From contig CM000432.1 of the NCBI GenBank assembly GCA_000165345.1, positions 640,001-704,000 on the forward strand: a stretch of DNA of 64,000 nucleotides, written 5' to 3'. This document shows positions 19,387-31,300 of this stretch, piece by piece (position 1 is the stretch's first letter; each line of letters opens with the position of its first letter). The position numbers were made by a program, and so were the translations under genes. The notes under the pieces were generated by a model, which worked only from the letters and a program-made list of their open reading frames with translations, searched no databases and was not told the origin of the DNA.

Positions 19387-20693
19387 GGACTTATATTTTT
19401 CTGGTTCTTAAGCATTGTAAATATTTTAGTCAAAATTTCTATTCTCTTCTGGTTAATTATTTTTGTAAACGATGCTAACTGTGCAAAGTTGTGTCCATTA
19501 ATCATGCTTAACAATGCATTAATTAAACTTCGCTCCTTTTCTTGTTCTTCAATACGTTTTTCAACATCTAGAAGACCAAATAAGTTGCTTTCATTTATCT
19601 TAATTCGCACTTGAGTATTAATATTGTATTTGTTTGAGTCTCTGTACGCCATTGCTGAATTTTCATTCATATTAGAATTGATAGAATTGAACTCAGAGTT
19701 GTATTTTAGAATATTGAATACTTCTTTACGCCTCGAAGAAATAATTTTCCCTAGAGTCTCGTGTAGAAATTCAATCCCAAGAAACAGATACTTGTTCTTC
19801 AATAAGCAATATTTACTTGAATAATTCATCGTGATTTCTTGTTTTTTATTTAACAGAATAGTAATTTCTTCTCTCAACTCTTTATTTTCATCTTTTAATT
19901 GATTTATCTGTGAACTTAAGAAGTTAATTTTTAAATCTTTTTCCCCAAATATCAAAACTGCTTCTTTAGCATTATTATCCATTGATTTGATTTCTTCACA
20001 TAATTTTTTCTCACGAATTTGTTTAGATTCTATATCGCGTTCTAAAAACATGATTCTCCTTCTCAAATCTCTAATAATTAACTCGTATTGTCTTTGTATA
20101 ATATTAAGTTGAGAGAGATAAATTGACTTTTCTTTTTCACCATTTTCCCTAATGAGTTCACAGACCTCTTGTGAAATCCTACTTTCCTTCTGATTTATAG
20201 TGTTGATCAATTCTTTTAATGAATTATTAATATTATCTTTTTGTTCAAGTAACAAGTTGGCCAATGACTCATTTAAACTATTCAAGTCGTTGCTTTTGAT
20301 GATATTTGAAAGTAATTTCTCAATTATTTCTGCTGAGCTTATTTTTATTGTTTCATTGCTAGCCTCTATGCTTCTTTCAATATTGACATTAATGCATTTC
20401 TTATTTTGTTCACTAAAATCCAATATTTTTGATTCAATTAAGTCAGCAACTTTACAAAATGATGCTTGATTTTCCCTTGCTATCTCTTTTTTAATATTAT
20501 TAATTAATGTTTGTTCATTAGATGATGAAATTAAATTGCAAATTTCCTCATTCCTTCGTTTTTTTTCCAATATTGTCCTGACCTTAGCTGCCTTCTCTGT
20601 AATCTCAAATAAAGCGCTACCTAATTGGGTATTGTGGGCATCGTAGTTAGCAACCCAGCCATTATTATTCTTATTTTCCTTCTGAAAAACCAT
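19383..20693 (-). CDS. hypothetical coiled-coil protein (436 aa), Glu/Lys/Asn/Ile-rich
   Basis: It has an ATG at 20693 and a heptad-like composition (for example INQLKDENKELREEITILLNKKQEI). No catalytic motifs are present. Its stop codon overlaps that of the convergent upstream gene. Confidence 0.5.
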   Translation of the reverse strand: MVFQKENKNNNGWVANYDAHNTQLGSALFEITEKAAKVRTILEKKRRNEEICNLISSSNEQTLINNIKKEIARENQASFCKVADLIESKILDFSEQNKKCINVNIERSIEASNETIKISSAEIIEKLLSNIIKSNDLNSLNESLANLLLEQKDNINNSLKELINTINQKESRISQEVCELIRENGEKEKSIYLSQLNIIQRQYELIIRDLRRRIMFLERDIESKQIREKKLCEEIKSMDNNAKEAVLIFGEKDLKINFLSSQINQLKDENKELREEITILLNKKQEITMNYSSKYCLLKNKYLFLGIEFLHETLGKIISSRRKEVFNILKYNSEFNSINSNMNENSAMAYRDSNKYNINTQVRIKINESNLFGLLDVEKRIEEQEKERSLINALLSMINGHNFAQLASFTKIINQKRIEILTKIFTMLKNQKNISP

Positions 20694-20760
20694 TTTATTT
20701 TAATAGCATTAGTCCACAAATGACATTAAAATTTTTGTATTATTATGTCATGTCGATTTG

Positions 20761-20775
20761 TGGCGTTTACCGCCA
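20761..20775. promoter_or_regulatory. TGGCG-TTTAC-CGCCA inverted repeat / E2F-like element about 70-80 bp upstream of the coiled-coil gene ATG (minus strand)
   Basis: 5-bp GC arms flank TTTAC. It shares GTTTACCGCC with the element at 17812. Confidence 0.25.
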
Positions 20776-20811
20776 TACTTGATCTTTAAAACAATCATAA
20801 TTAGCGCAAAT

Positions 20812-22845
20812 CTATAACAAAGATATTAATAATTCTAATGAATCTTCAATTCCTCTGTATAATCTAATAACCTCTTGTTCAAAAATTGGATGAATATATG
20901 TGGAGTTTAATAGGCCAATTTCATACGCAAAATATATACGGTTTTTTATTTCAATTGACAAGTTAATGTATTGGTTTAATGTTTGTGCGTTCCATTCGCC
21001 CTTTAACCCATTAATAATTAAATTCTTCGCAGCAAACCTATGATAGCAATAAATGTATAGATAACATAGATCAATAGTGTAAAGTGTCATTTCTTGCATC
21101 AAAAAAATTAACTGTTGTATCATTTCACTTTCATTGCAGCTTAGAAATTTATTGTCTCTGTGATTAGTCAGATTTCGTTCAAAGTGCTTGCAGTAATTCT
21201 TAAATTTGTCGATTAATATACAAAAAATTTCATTTCTATGGTGCATAATCGAATTCGGCATATCCCATCCTGAAACCTTTTTTTCCCTGCTTTTAATTTT
21301 GGGGTTATTTAAATTATCTGAGAACAAAATGTTGCTATACCACCATTGATTAATACTTTTTGGGATGTGATTATTCTTTTCTAACTGATAATATGGCGAA
21401 TTTATGTGTAAAAACCAATCATCAATATTTATCTGAGAAAAAGAAATCCGTCTATCTAAACCGATGGTTGATTGAACAACAAAGCGAAAATCCCCATTGT
21501 TTATCGTTGCTACTTTTGTATGAATAGACGAATCAAGCAAAAGTACTGTTGAAAATATATTATCTAACTGTTTTTGTAATTTATCTAGCACAAAAAATAA
21601 CCTATATTCATACGCAAGCCATTCTTCAAAAACAATGTCTGAATTAATTGGAATTTTTTTGATTAAAAGATTTATCAACGACTTAATCTTTCGTAAATTA
21701 AGAAAGAATAATACTGGGAGAATTGTGAATAAGGAAAATATTGAATAAAAGGAATAAATCACTTTTTTCCATATTTTTTGTGAAAGTTTTATGCTGTTCC
21801 CAAAAAAAATAAATTTTTTCTGGAGATTTGTTATAAATCTTATAAAATTATCACTAGGAACAATACCTTCATGTAAGTTGCTATCATTTATTATCCCGTC
21901 ATTATTAAAAAACACTCCATTGATGTCTATTGATGATAAGTTTCTGATATTAGTTGACTGTAGTTCAATGCAATACCAATAAAAAGAGACCGTAATGAAT
22001 GATGTGAAATAAATACAAAATACAATGATAAACGAGTTCAATTCATTCTTCAATTTAAAACCTATCCTTAAAGAATAGAACTTATTTATAAGATTAAAAA
22101 AATTTGAGATTCCAGGAATATTTATCCCAAAGTAATATATAGGTAATGTTATAAATAAAGTTAGTATCGTAAAAATAAATGAATTCTTGATATTCCCTGA
22201 GAAGCCATTAAAAATAAAATAATCAATTACTTCAAAGAATTGTAACAAAAAGTTATTGTGTTCTTTTAGATTAAATTTTACTAATATTGGTTTTATAGAT
22301 ATTTGAGATGATAACAAGAAGATATTTTGATTCTTTCCAAAAAAACGAATAAATGATAATCCGCCAGCAACGAAAAAAAATGTCGACAAAAAATTAGGAA
22401 GTTCTAATAAAAACATTGTGCAAATATTCCAAAGTGTAAAAATTGAATAAGTTGCAGAAAAGAAGTGTAATGATAGCCATATCCATCTTGATGTAAAAAT
22501 CAATTCCCAAAGAACATATCTTGGAAAAGTAATTATCAAATCGTTAAACAATGTCAAGGATGCTGTTAAGTAGTGTTCGATGGTAATGCTCATCACTCTG
22601 CTAAATAATAGCAAGAGAAAAACAAGCTGGCATACTAAATTTGAAAATATTGATACAGATATTGTAGTTATAATCCCATTCTGAAACTTAAAATATAAGA
22701 ATAAAGTGTTAAATAAAGATAATATCGAACTTGTTGTACACCATATAATAAGAGGCCTAATGGTTGAGAGTAATGCCAAATACTTTAGCTGGCTATTAAA
22801 TGTAGTATTTGTGTGTTTATTCTCAATAGCGTTTTTACAATTCAT
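20812..22845 (-). CDS. hypothetical polytopic membrane protein (677 aa)
   Basis: It has an ATG at 22845. There are more than 10 predicted hydrophobic helices in the N-terminal half, followed by a large Asn/Ile-rich soluble domain. No motif is recognised. Confidence 0.5.
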   Translation of the reverse strand: MNCKNAIENKHTNTTFNSQLKYLALLSTIRPLIIWCTTSSILSLFNTLFLYFKFQNGIITTISVSIFSNLVCQLVFLLLLFSRVMSITIEHYLTASLTLFNDLIITFPRYVLWELIFTSRWIWLSLHFFSATYSIFTLWNICTMFLLELPNFLSTFFFVAGGLSFIRFFGKNQNIFLLSSQISIKPILVKFNLKEHNNFLLQFFEVIDYFIFNGFSGNIKNSFIFTILTLFITLPIYYFGINIPGISNFFNLINKFYSLRIGFKLKNELNSFIIVFCIYFTSFITVSFYWYCIELQSTNIRNLSSIDINGVFFNNDGIINDSNLHEGIVPSDNFIRFITNLQKKFIFFGNSIKLSQKIWKKVIYSFYSIFSLFTILPVLFFLNLRKIKSLINLLIKKIPINSDIVFEEWLAYEYRLFFVLDKLQKQLDNIFSTVLLLDSSIHTKVATINNGDFRFVVQSTIGLDRRISFSQINIDDWFLHINSPYYQLEKNNHIPKSINQWWYSNILFSDNLNNPKIKSREKKVSGWDMPNSIMHHRNEIFCILIDKFKNYCKHFERNLTNHRDNKFLSCNESEMIQQLIFLMQEMTLYTIDLCYLYIYCYHRFAAKNLIINGLKGEWNAQTLNQYINLSIEIKNRIYFAYEIGLLNSTYIHPIFEQEVIRLYRGIEDSLELLISLL

Positions 22846-23260
22846 CTCACAAGTAAATAATTTTTTAATTAAAGAAATTAAATATATATTTTATTTCGCG
22901 GGGCATTTTTTTTATTATTTCCAGAATGAACAAAAATGTAAATACTTAACAATTAATTACCAAAACCTATAAGTGAATTATAAAGAACAATTGTTTATAT
23001 TGGAATAATTTGATTTATTCTTTAAAAGTATAGGGTAATATTTACTATATAGTAGCATTTTGAAAATCCAGAGTCAAATATTAGAATTTAGATCTCAAAA
23101 AATTATTGTTAAATTCATTTTAGCTTAGCTTCGAGTTATTAAGTTACCGCACAAAGTGTGTCATTCTTACAAGTAAAAGGCAGATTTGCAAAAGTAATTG
23201 CATTTTTATAGAATAATACTTAAACAAAAAAAAATAAGGATAAATTGTTTATATTACGTA

Positions 23261-25350
23261 ATGAATAGTAGTAAACCTGAGTATGATGCAATCATCAGCC
23301 AAATCGAGTTATTCTCAAACACAATACCTGATAGTAATGCATTTGTTTGGTTGAATGATAATGGGAATGAAGAGTCAACAATTACTTATAAAAATCTTTG
23401 GAAATCAATTAGAATAATCTCTCATTTTTTGTTAAATGAATTGTCATTAAAAAAAGGTGATAGGATTATTTTGTGTTACACACCAGGAATTGATTTCATA
23501 TATTCTTTTTATGGCTGTCTTGCAAGTGGAATTGTTGCAATTCCTGTTTACCCTGCAGATCCAAATAATTCATCTCAAGTGGATAGGCTTCGTAAGATTG
23601 TTGACATAAGCCAAGCTAATGCTTGTCTTACTAATTCATCCTACAATAGAATTATTTCACTATTCAAATTTAAATTTTTCAATGAACCTCTTTGGAATGC
23701 AATTAGTTGGTACTCGACAGATAAAATATTAAGAGACTATAGTGAATTTGAATTAGTAACAGATAATGGTTTTTACAAATCGAAAAATGACTCATTGAAT
23801 CCGTTTAAAACAGTTGTGAAGAATGAAATTATTCATTTTAAAAAGCCAAAATGTGAGCCTCATGATAGCGCATTCATACAATTTACATCCGGATCAACAG
23901 GTCATCCAAAAGGAGTAATTGTTACTCATGGATCATTATATTATAATTCACTATTGTGTATGAAATGTTTTAACTTCTCTCTAGAACCTAAATTTGAATC
24001 ACCCGAAACAAAAATAACTGAAAATGATATCGAAACGAGTGATGAAGCTAATAAAATACTAAAAGAAATTATTGAAATTAAAAATCAATTCATAAAGACT
24101 TTTGGGCATAACATTAGAGGATTTTCTTGGCTCCCAATGTATCATGATATGGGTTTAGTAGGATTTATTGTTAGCACAGTAATTATCGGATCTGAAACGT
24201 TTTTACTATCACCATTTTCATTTATTAAGAACCCCCACATATGGCTTAAAGTGATTTCAAAATACAGAATTGCTGCAACTGCTGCACCAAATTTTGCATT
24301 TGATTATATTTGTAGAAAAATAACAAACGATGAATTAGAAGAAATAAATAACTTGGGTGGATTAGGTTGTTTGAAACATGGTGGTATTTTAAGTGGTTCT
24401 GAACCAATTAGAGCTGCAACACTTGTTAGGTTTGTAAAAAAATTTTCTTCAGTGGGTTTTTGTTCATCTGCCTTCCTTCCTGCGTATGGGATGGCTGAAA
24501 ATACACTTATTATTTCCGGACTTAAAAAAAAAAGCAAACTATTTCCTAAGGTATTAACATTAAAAAGTGATAAAATAATCCCAGGAAAAAAGGTTGAAAT
24601 AGTCAATTATGGATATATTTCTTGTTATTGTAACTATTGTAAACACGAAAATAGCATTGAATTCAATGACAAAGATTGCATGAAAAGAAATTTAGTATGT
24701 TGTGGAGAAAAGAACTCAGTAAACGATAAAATCATCATTGTTTGCCCAGAAAAAAATACGATTCTTCCAGAAAATTATGTTGGTGAGATTTGGGTTTCTT
24801 CTAGAAGTAAAGGCGCAGGATATTGGCTCTTACATGATCTAACTGACAAAATTTTCTTTGCAAAAGTAAAGGAATGTGATTCTGACTTGTCTGATATAAA
24901 ATTTTTGAAAACTGGAGATTTGGGTTTCATAAATAACGATCAGTTATATATAGTAGGAAGGCAAAAAGATGTAATTATCATTAGAGGTAAAAACTATTAT
25001 CCGCAGGATATTGAAGAAGTAATCGATACTTGCCACGAAGTAATTCGTCCGGGTTGTTGTGTGGCATTTTCAATTGATATTGATGGTGAAGAAAAGCTTG
25101 CAATTGCAACAGAAGTAAGAAGTGAGCTTATTGAATCTTCGGATATTTTGGGAATTAAATCATATATTAAAGGTTTAATTAATAAAAAAGAAAGATTTCA
25201 AGCTAAAGATATTATTGATAAGCTATCAATTAGTATTCAGAAATACTTAGGAATTGAGGTTTATAGAATAATATTAATAAAAGAAAAAAAAATGCCAAAA
25301 ACCTCAAGTGGTAAAGTTCAAAGGTCAAAAGTTAAACAAATGATTATGAA
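23261..25350 (+). other. PKS loading unit: fatty-acyl-AMP ligase (adenylation, AL) domain
   Basis: The AMP-binding core 'FTSGSTGHPKGV' is at about 23882. 'YGMAENT' is at about 24490, 'TGDLGF' at about 24910, and the C-terminal 'KTSSGKVQRSKVK' at about 25300. Confidence 0.8.
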
Positions 25351-28300
25351 TGGAGATTTTGGTTCAAGCATTGTAATTGATTTTATTAACAATAATTTAG
25401 AAAATATAAAATTAGTTGAAGTGTTTGACAAAGATGAAAGAAATATTGACTCCGATTACTTTTCAGTTTACAGTGAAAATGAATTTCCTGATAAAATATA
25501 TGAGAGGGTAAAGCATATATTTGAGTCAGTAGTAGGAAATAAATATTTTCCAGAGTTAGATGATCCACTTCTTTCATGCGGAATTGAATCAATTAAAGCT
25601 GTGGAAATATGTAATGCGCTTTCAAAAGAATTTAATATTGATTTCCCTGCAACTTTAATATTTGATTTTCCAACTCTGAGACTTTTAATAGAGCATATTG
25701 ACCTTCTCAAAAATGGAAATAAGGAATACTTACCCAATGAAATCACCAGTGTACCTGGAAAAACTACTAGTGAGTTTGTTATTTCTGGAATAAATGCTCA
25801 CTTACCTGGTTTTAGCTCGAACAACCCGTTTGTGAAGCTTTGGGAAGTAATGATGAATAGTGCAAATGTATTTTCTCCTGTTCCACATGAAAGATGGAAT
25901 GCATATTGTTTTAATGAAAAGAAGTCTATTTCTGCTATTCAAAAAATTAAAAACTACTATACTGATACAGGTGCTTATATTATTGGATCAGAATTTTTCG
26001 ATTTAGAAAAATTCAAAATACTTCCAATAGAAGTTGAGCATATGGATCCACAACAGAGATTACTATTAAGGGGAACCGAAAAGATTTTAAAACATGTTGA
26101 ACTCCCAACAAATAATTCAACTGGTGTTTATATTGGATGTTGTTCTAATGATTGGAGTCAAATCATTTCTAATTCTACTCATCTTTCTGTTTACTCTGGA
26201 ACAGGCGCATCTCCTTCAATACTAGCAAATAGAATCTCATTTTATAATGGGTTCGCAGGACCATCTATTACAATTGATACTGCATGTTCTTCAAGTTTAG
26301 TTGCATTGGATATCGCCCTTCATCATCTTCAACAAAACATAACAAATACTGCTTTTGTAGCAGGAGTCAACTCAATACTAAACCCAAACATATTTGTTTC
26401 GTTGTGTAAAGCAAAAATGCTCTCTGATACAGGAAAATGCTCACCTTTTGATGAAAGTGCAAACGGTTTTGTTAGGGGTGAAGGATGTATAATTGTATGT
26501 ATTCAACATATATCAATAGCAAAGAAAAAAATTGCAACAATTCTCGGTACATATGTTAATCAGGATGGAAAAACAACAACTCTAACTGCTCCAAAAGGAC
26601 CATCACAAGTATCTGCAATAAGGAATTGTCTAGGAATTTCGGGAATGCATCCATCAGAGATTAATTATATCGAATGCCACGGTACAGGCACCCCGTTGGG
26701 TGATCCGATAGAGGCAGGAGCAATAATGTCTGTTTTTAAAACTCATAATGAATACCAATATAATGTAACTCACATGAATTCTAATATCGTAATAGGTGCA
26801 TTCAAATCAAACATTGGTCATTTAGAAGGTGCAGCAGGTTTAGCTGGTCTTTTAAAAGTATTACTTGTTATGTCAAGAAGATTTTTCCCAGGAATAGGGA
26901 ATTTAATAAACATCAATACTCATATTAAAAAATTGTTAAATGATAAAACAAATCATAATCGAATTATTTTTCCTAATATGAATGAAGGAAAATATTTTTC
27001 AGAAATAGGAATTGAAGAAACACAAGTTTTGCGATCCGGAATATCATCTTTTGGATTTGGTGGTACTAATTCTCACGTAATTATTGAAGAAGGGGCAAAT
27101 ATTAACTCAATTTGGGATATTGAAACTGAGGAGAACTCTGACTTACAAGAAGGCAATTACTTCCCATGGACTGCAAGATTTCATCCCTTCATTTCAACAA
27201 TTAACAACAAAGACGAAATTTATTCTTACGCTATTTCGAAATTGAAGTGTAAAAAATATGTTATTGAGCACATTATTAATGGATTAAGCATATTTCCTGC
27301 ATCAGGATATATTGAGCTTGCTATTATAACTTGCAGGCTCGCAGCATTAGATATTTCTAGTGGTGAACAAATTGTTTATATTCAAAAAAAAAATTCTAGA
27401 GATGAAATTATAAGCGAGTTCAAGAAGAGTAACTTTGATATACTAACTAGAGAATCAAATATATACTTATTGAAAACTTCCCCCGTAGTAATAAAGAACC
27501 TAGAAATTATTTCTGTTTTCAATTTAGATAATCTGGAAAATGAGGAATTAAATGCAAACATACATATTAATGAAGGAAAAGTTTCTATTTATTCAAAAAA
27601 TAGGGATTATTTCAGTTGTAATGCAAATTTAATTTTAGATATTGAATCAAACAACAGAATGGAAATTCTGGATAATTCCTTTACAGTTGATGAATTTAAA
27701 AAAGTATGCATACTTAGAACAATTGTTCATGATGAATTATATGATTTGTTAAATAATTCAGGATATAATTATATAGGTAGATATCGTTCATTGGAATATG
27801 TTTCAATTGGAGATTCAATTGGGTATGGAAAGATTAAAACGGATGAATATGACTCTAGTCCTTTTTGCATCGCACCCTGGATATTAGATTCAGCGTTTCA
27901 AGTTTTAGGAGGATTCTTAATTACTAATGGGAATATTAATGGACAATTCATTCCAGTTAGAATTGAAGAAATGTTAATCAATTCCGATATATCGTATTCA
28001 GAACTTTATTCTTTAGTAAAAATCACAAATATTGAAGAAAAACAAATAATTTGTAACATTTGTTTGATAAATGAAAAAGGTTCTAAATTGATTGAAATTG
28101 TAAAAATGAATTTCATAAAAAATGAAATTCCAAACCAAAAAACAGTAGTAAATTTGGATCATAAAAAAAAAATAGATCATCTAAATTCCAAAGTAGATTA
28201 CGAAAATAATTATTTTGGTATAAAATTAGATTGGAGACCAGTTGCAGCGTCGGAATTATTTGAAAATAACGATAATGTAAATAGTTATAGTATTATTACA

Positions 28301-31300
28301 TCTGATAAGCAATTTTCTAGGATAAATTCAAGCCTAGAAAAAACAGGAAATAAAATAATTAAATTTAATAAAAATCTTATTAATTTTGATGGGAATATTG
28401 TTTTCTTTAATTGCAAATTAGAGGAAATAAAAATTTCTATTAAACAAGCAAAAAGTGGAGCAAGGTTCTACATATTAACGAAAAACGCAATACCAATTGA
28501 AAAAATAATTAGAACTGATGGTTTTTCATTTGATAACTTATATTGGGACTCGATTAATCAATTTATTTTAGAAAACAATATTATTATTTCCGTTATTGAC
28601 ATAGAATCATTTGACGAATTGAATAGCCAAATTAAATTTGGAATTAACTATCTTGGGAAAAACAATATTAAAAATAAGATACCAAATATTTTGTTTGATC
28701 ACTTAGTAATTAGAAATGTTCAAATGGCAAGGGAGAGAAATCTAACCTTGATTGGCTATTCCGCTACTCCAATTCGAATTGGAAATTGCATCGGTATAGA
28801 TAATTTTAAATATGAACTAACCTCAAGAGGAGAACTTAAAAACTTCAAAATAAAATATTCTGAGAAATTTAAAATAGAAGAATTAGGGGATGATGAGGTT
28901 AAGGTTCAAGTTAAAGCAGTTGGGTTGAATTTTAGGGATATATTAAATATAATGAATTTATATCCTGGAGACCCTGGTGAACCTGGTAGCGACTTTTCTG
29001 GAATTATAATAGGTATTGGTAATAATGTTAAACCATTCAAAATAGGTGATCATGTTTGGGGATTTGCAAGAGGTTGCTTCAAATCTCAGTTGGTAACAAC
29101 ATCTACATTAATTTCTAAAAAGCCAAGAAATTTATCATTTGAAGAAGCTGCAGCTTTACCCGTAATCTTTTGCACAGTAGAAGCTTCATTCAATGATTTA
29201 TATAAAGTAAAAAAAGGAGATTTTGTACTGATCCATGCTGCAACTGGTGGAGTTGGTATTGCAAGTGTTCAGTATTGTATTAATAAGGGCGCAATAGTAT
29301 TTGCAACATGTTCTTCTAACTCAAAAAAAAAATGGCTTTGTGGATTGGGAGTTCATTATGTCTCAAGTTCGAGAGATCACAAAATATTTAACAAAGAAAT
29401 GAATGAATTCTTAAATATTGCATCAAAAAGATACAGAGGTGGAAAAAATGCAAAGTTTGATTTAGTACTCAATTGTCTTTCTGGTGAATTTATTCATGAA
29501 TCCTTTAAGAAAATACGTTCAGGAGGAACATTTATTGAATTGGGAAAAAGAGAAACTTTGGACTATTCTCAGGCAAAATCAAATTATCCAGAGATAAATT
29601 ATTTGAAACTAGCAATCGATGAATTGGTTGTGGGTAATGCCAAATATATTCAATCATTACTTTCAAGGTATGAGACTAATAATTTAATTAATACAAATCC
29701 TACTTTGCCTGTTAAGGTTTTTAAAATGGAATCTTGTACTCTAGAAGCATTAAGGTTTATGCAAAAGGCTTCTCACATCGGTAAAATAGTATTAACATTG
29801 CCACCTCCTCAAACACTAATGTTTGAGGCTTTTAATTACAAGACATTGAATATAGTTAATCTTGAAAAGTTTTCTATTGAATTATTCAAAAGATATGAAT
29901 GTAGTGAGTTAGTAGATTTACTGGACCAAGAATCAAGAAATTTTGAGTTATACAAAGATTGCGAATCAAAGTTTATTAATGAAATGATTACTAAAGGAAA
30001 TATTATCGGGCCATTCGAGATATTCTCCAAATACAAGAATATGTTGGAATCTTTGTTTTCAGCTAGTCAATCAATACCTTTAAAGGTAATTAACTATATT
30101 ATTGATAATGAAATTTTTGAAGAATTACGTATTCTTATTATTTCTCCAATATTTCCAGAAATATTATTGGATAAAATTTTATCATTTAAATCAGGCAAGG
30201 TGGTATTTTTAACAATTTATGATGAAAACAACAAGGAGAGATGTTATAAAGTAGGTAATAATATAGTAAATTATGTTAGCAGTATTATTAACCTTAATTC
30301 TGAACAATTCGACTTTGCAATTATCACCTCAACATTCTTTGGAAAACTTTCATTTATCTCATTAATGGAAAATATAAAATTGATGCTTAAAAAAGGAGGG
30401 CCACTTTTTATTATCAACCCATTTGGAGAAGGTTTAACATCAAGTATTATCAAACAGCAATATTGTAGTTATACATCAAAAATAATTGTTCCAATTAAAT
30501 TTAGAGTTGATTTTAATGTTGAAAACGTTATTGATGAATTTAAGTTGATAAATTGTGACAAAAATAAAACAGTTAAATTCTACTCTTTCGAAACAAATTA
30601 TTGGGATTCAGAATTTGTAAAGCAAAATAATACTGACGATAATGGATTCAAAAACAATTTTCATATAATTTTATCCCATAAAGAAGACGAAATATCTTTA
30701 TTTGCTGCTACTAAGTTGTTAAGCGAAGCAGGTGCAAACAATTTTGTGTATATATCAACGGAAAAAATTACAATTAATTACCCATTCAAGTACAAATTTG
30801 AAATTGAAAAAGAAAACTTTGTTCAAAATTTCAAAAGAATATTAAGTGGAAATGGAATTTACAAAATTTCGGGAATAATATGTTTGCCCTTAAATCATTT
30901 GGAATGCAAAGAAATTTCAAATATTCTTTGGGATATTCATTCAATTTCATTTATTTCAACTACATCTATTCAATATTTCTTACTTTGCTCTTGTAATGAC
31001 AAAAATAATTTAATATTAGAAACATTTTGTAGATACAGACGTAACATTGGTCTTCCTGGGCAAGTTGCTTTTTGGAATTATAATTCAGAACAAGTTTCCA
31101 ATCTTAATCATGGCTCATTTGTACAAGCTGCAATTAAACTTGCAATTGTAAGTAATTCTGCTTGTATTTACAAACCAATGAAAAATCAAGTTGAAAATAG
31201 CGAGGCTTGGGAAACTAACAGTAAAATTGTGTTTGATAAACAACATATAACGAACATAATAGTAAACACAATAAATGATATTGTAGGAATTGAAAAAATT

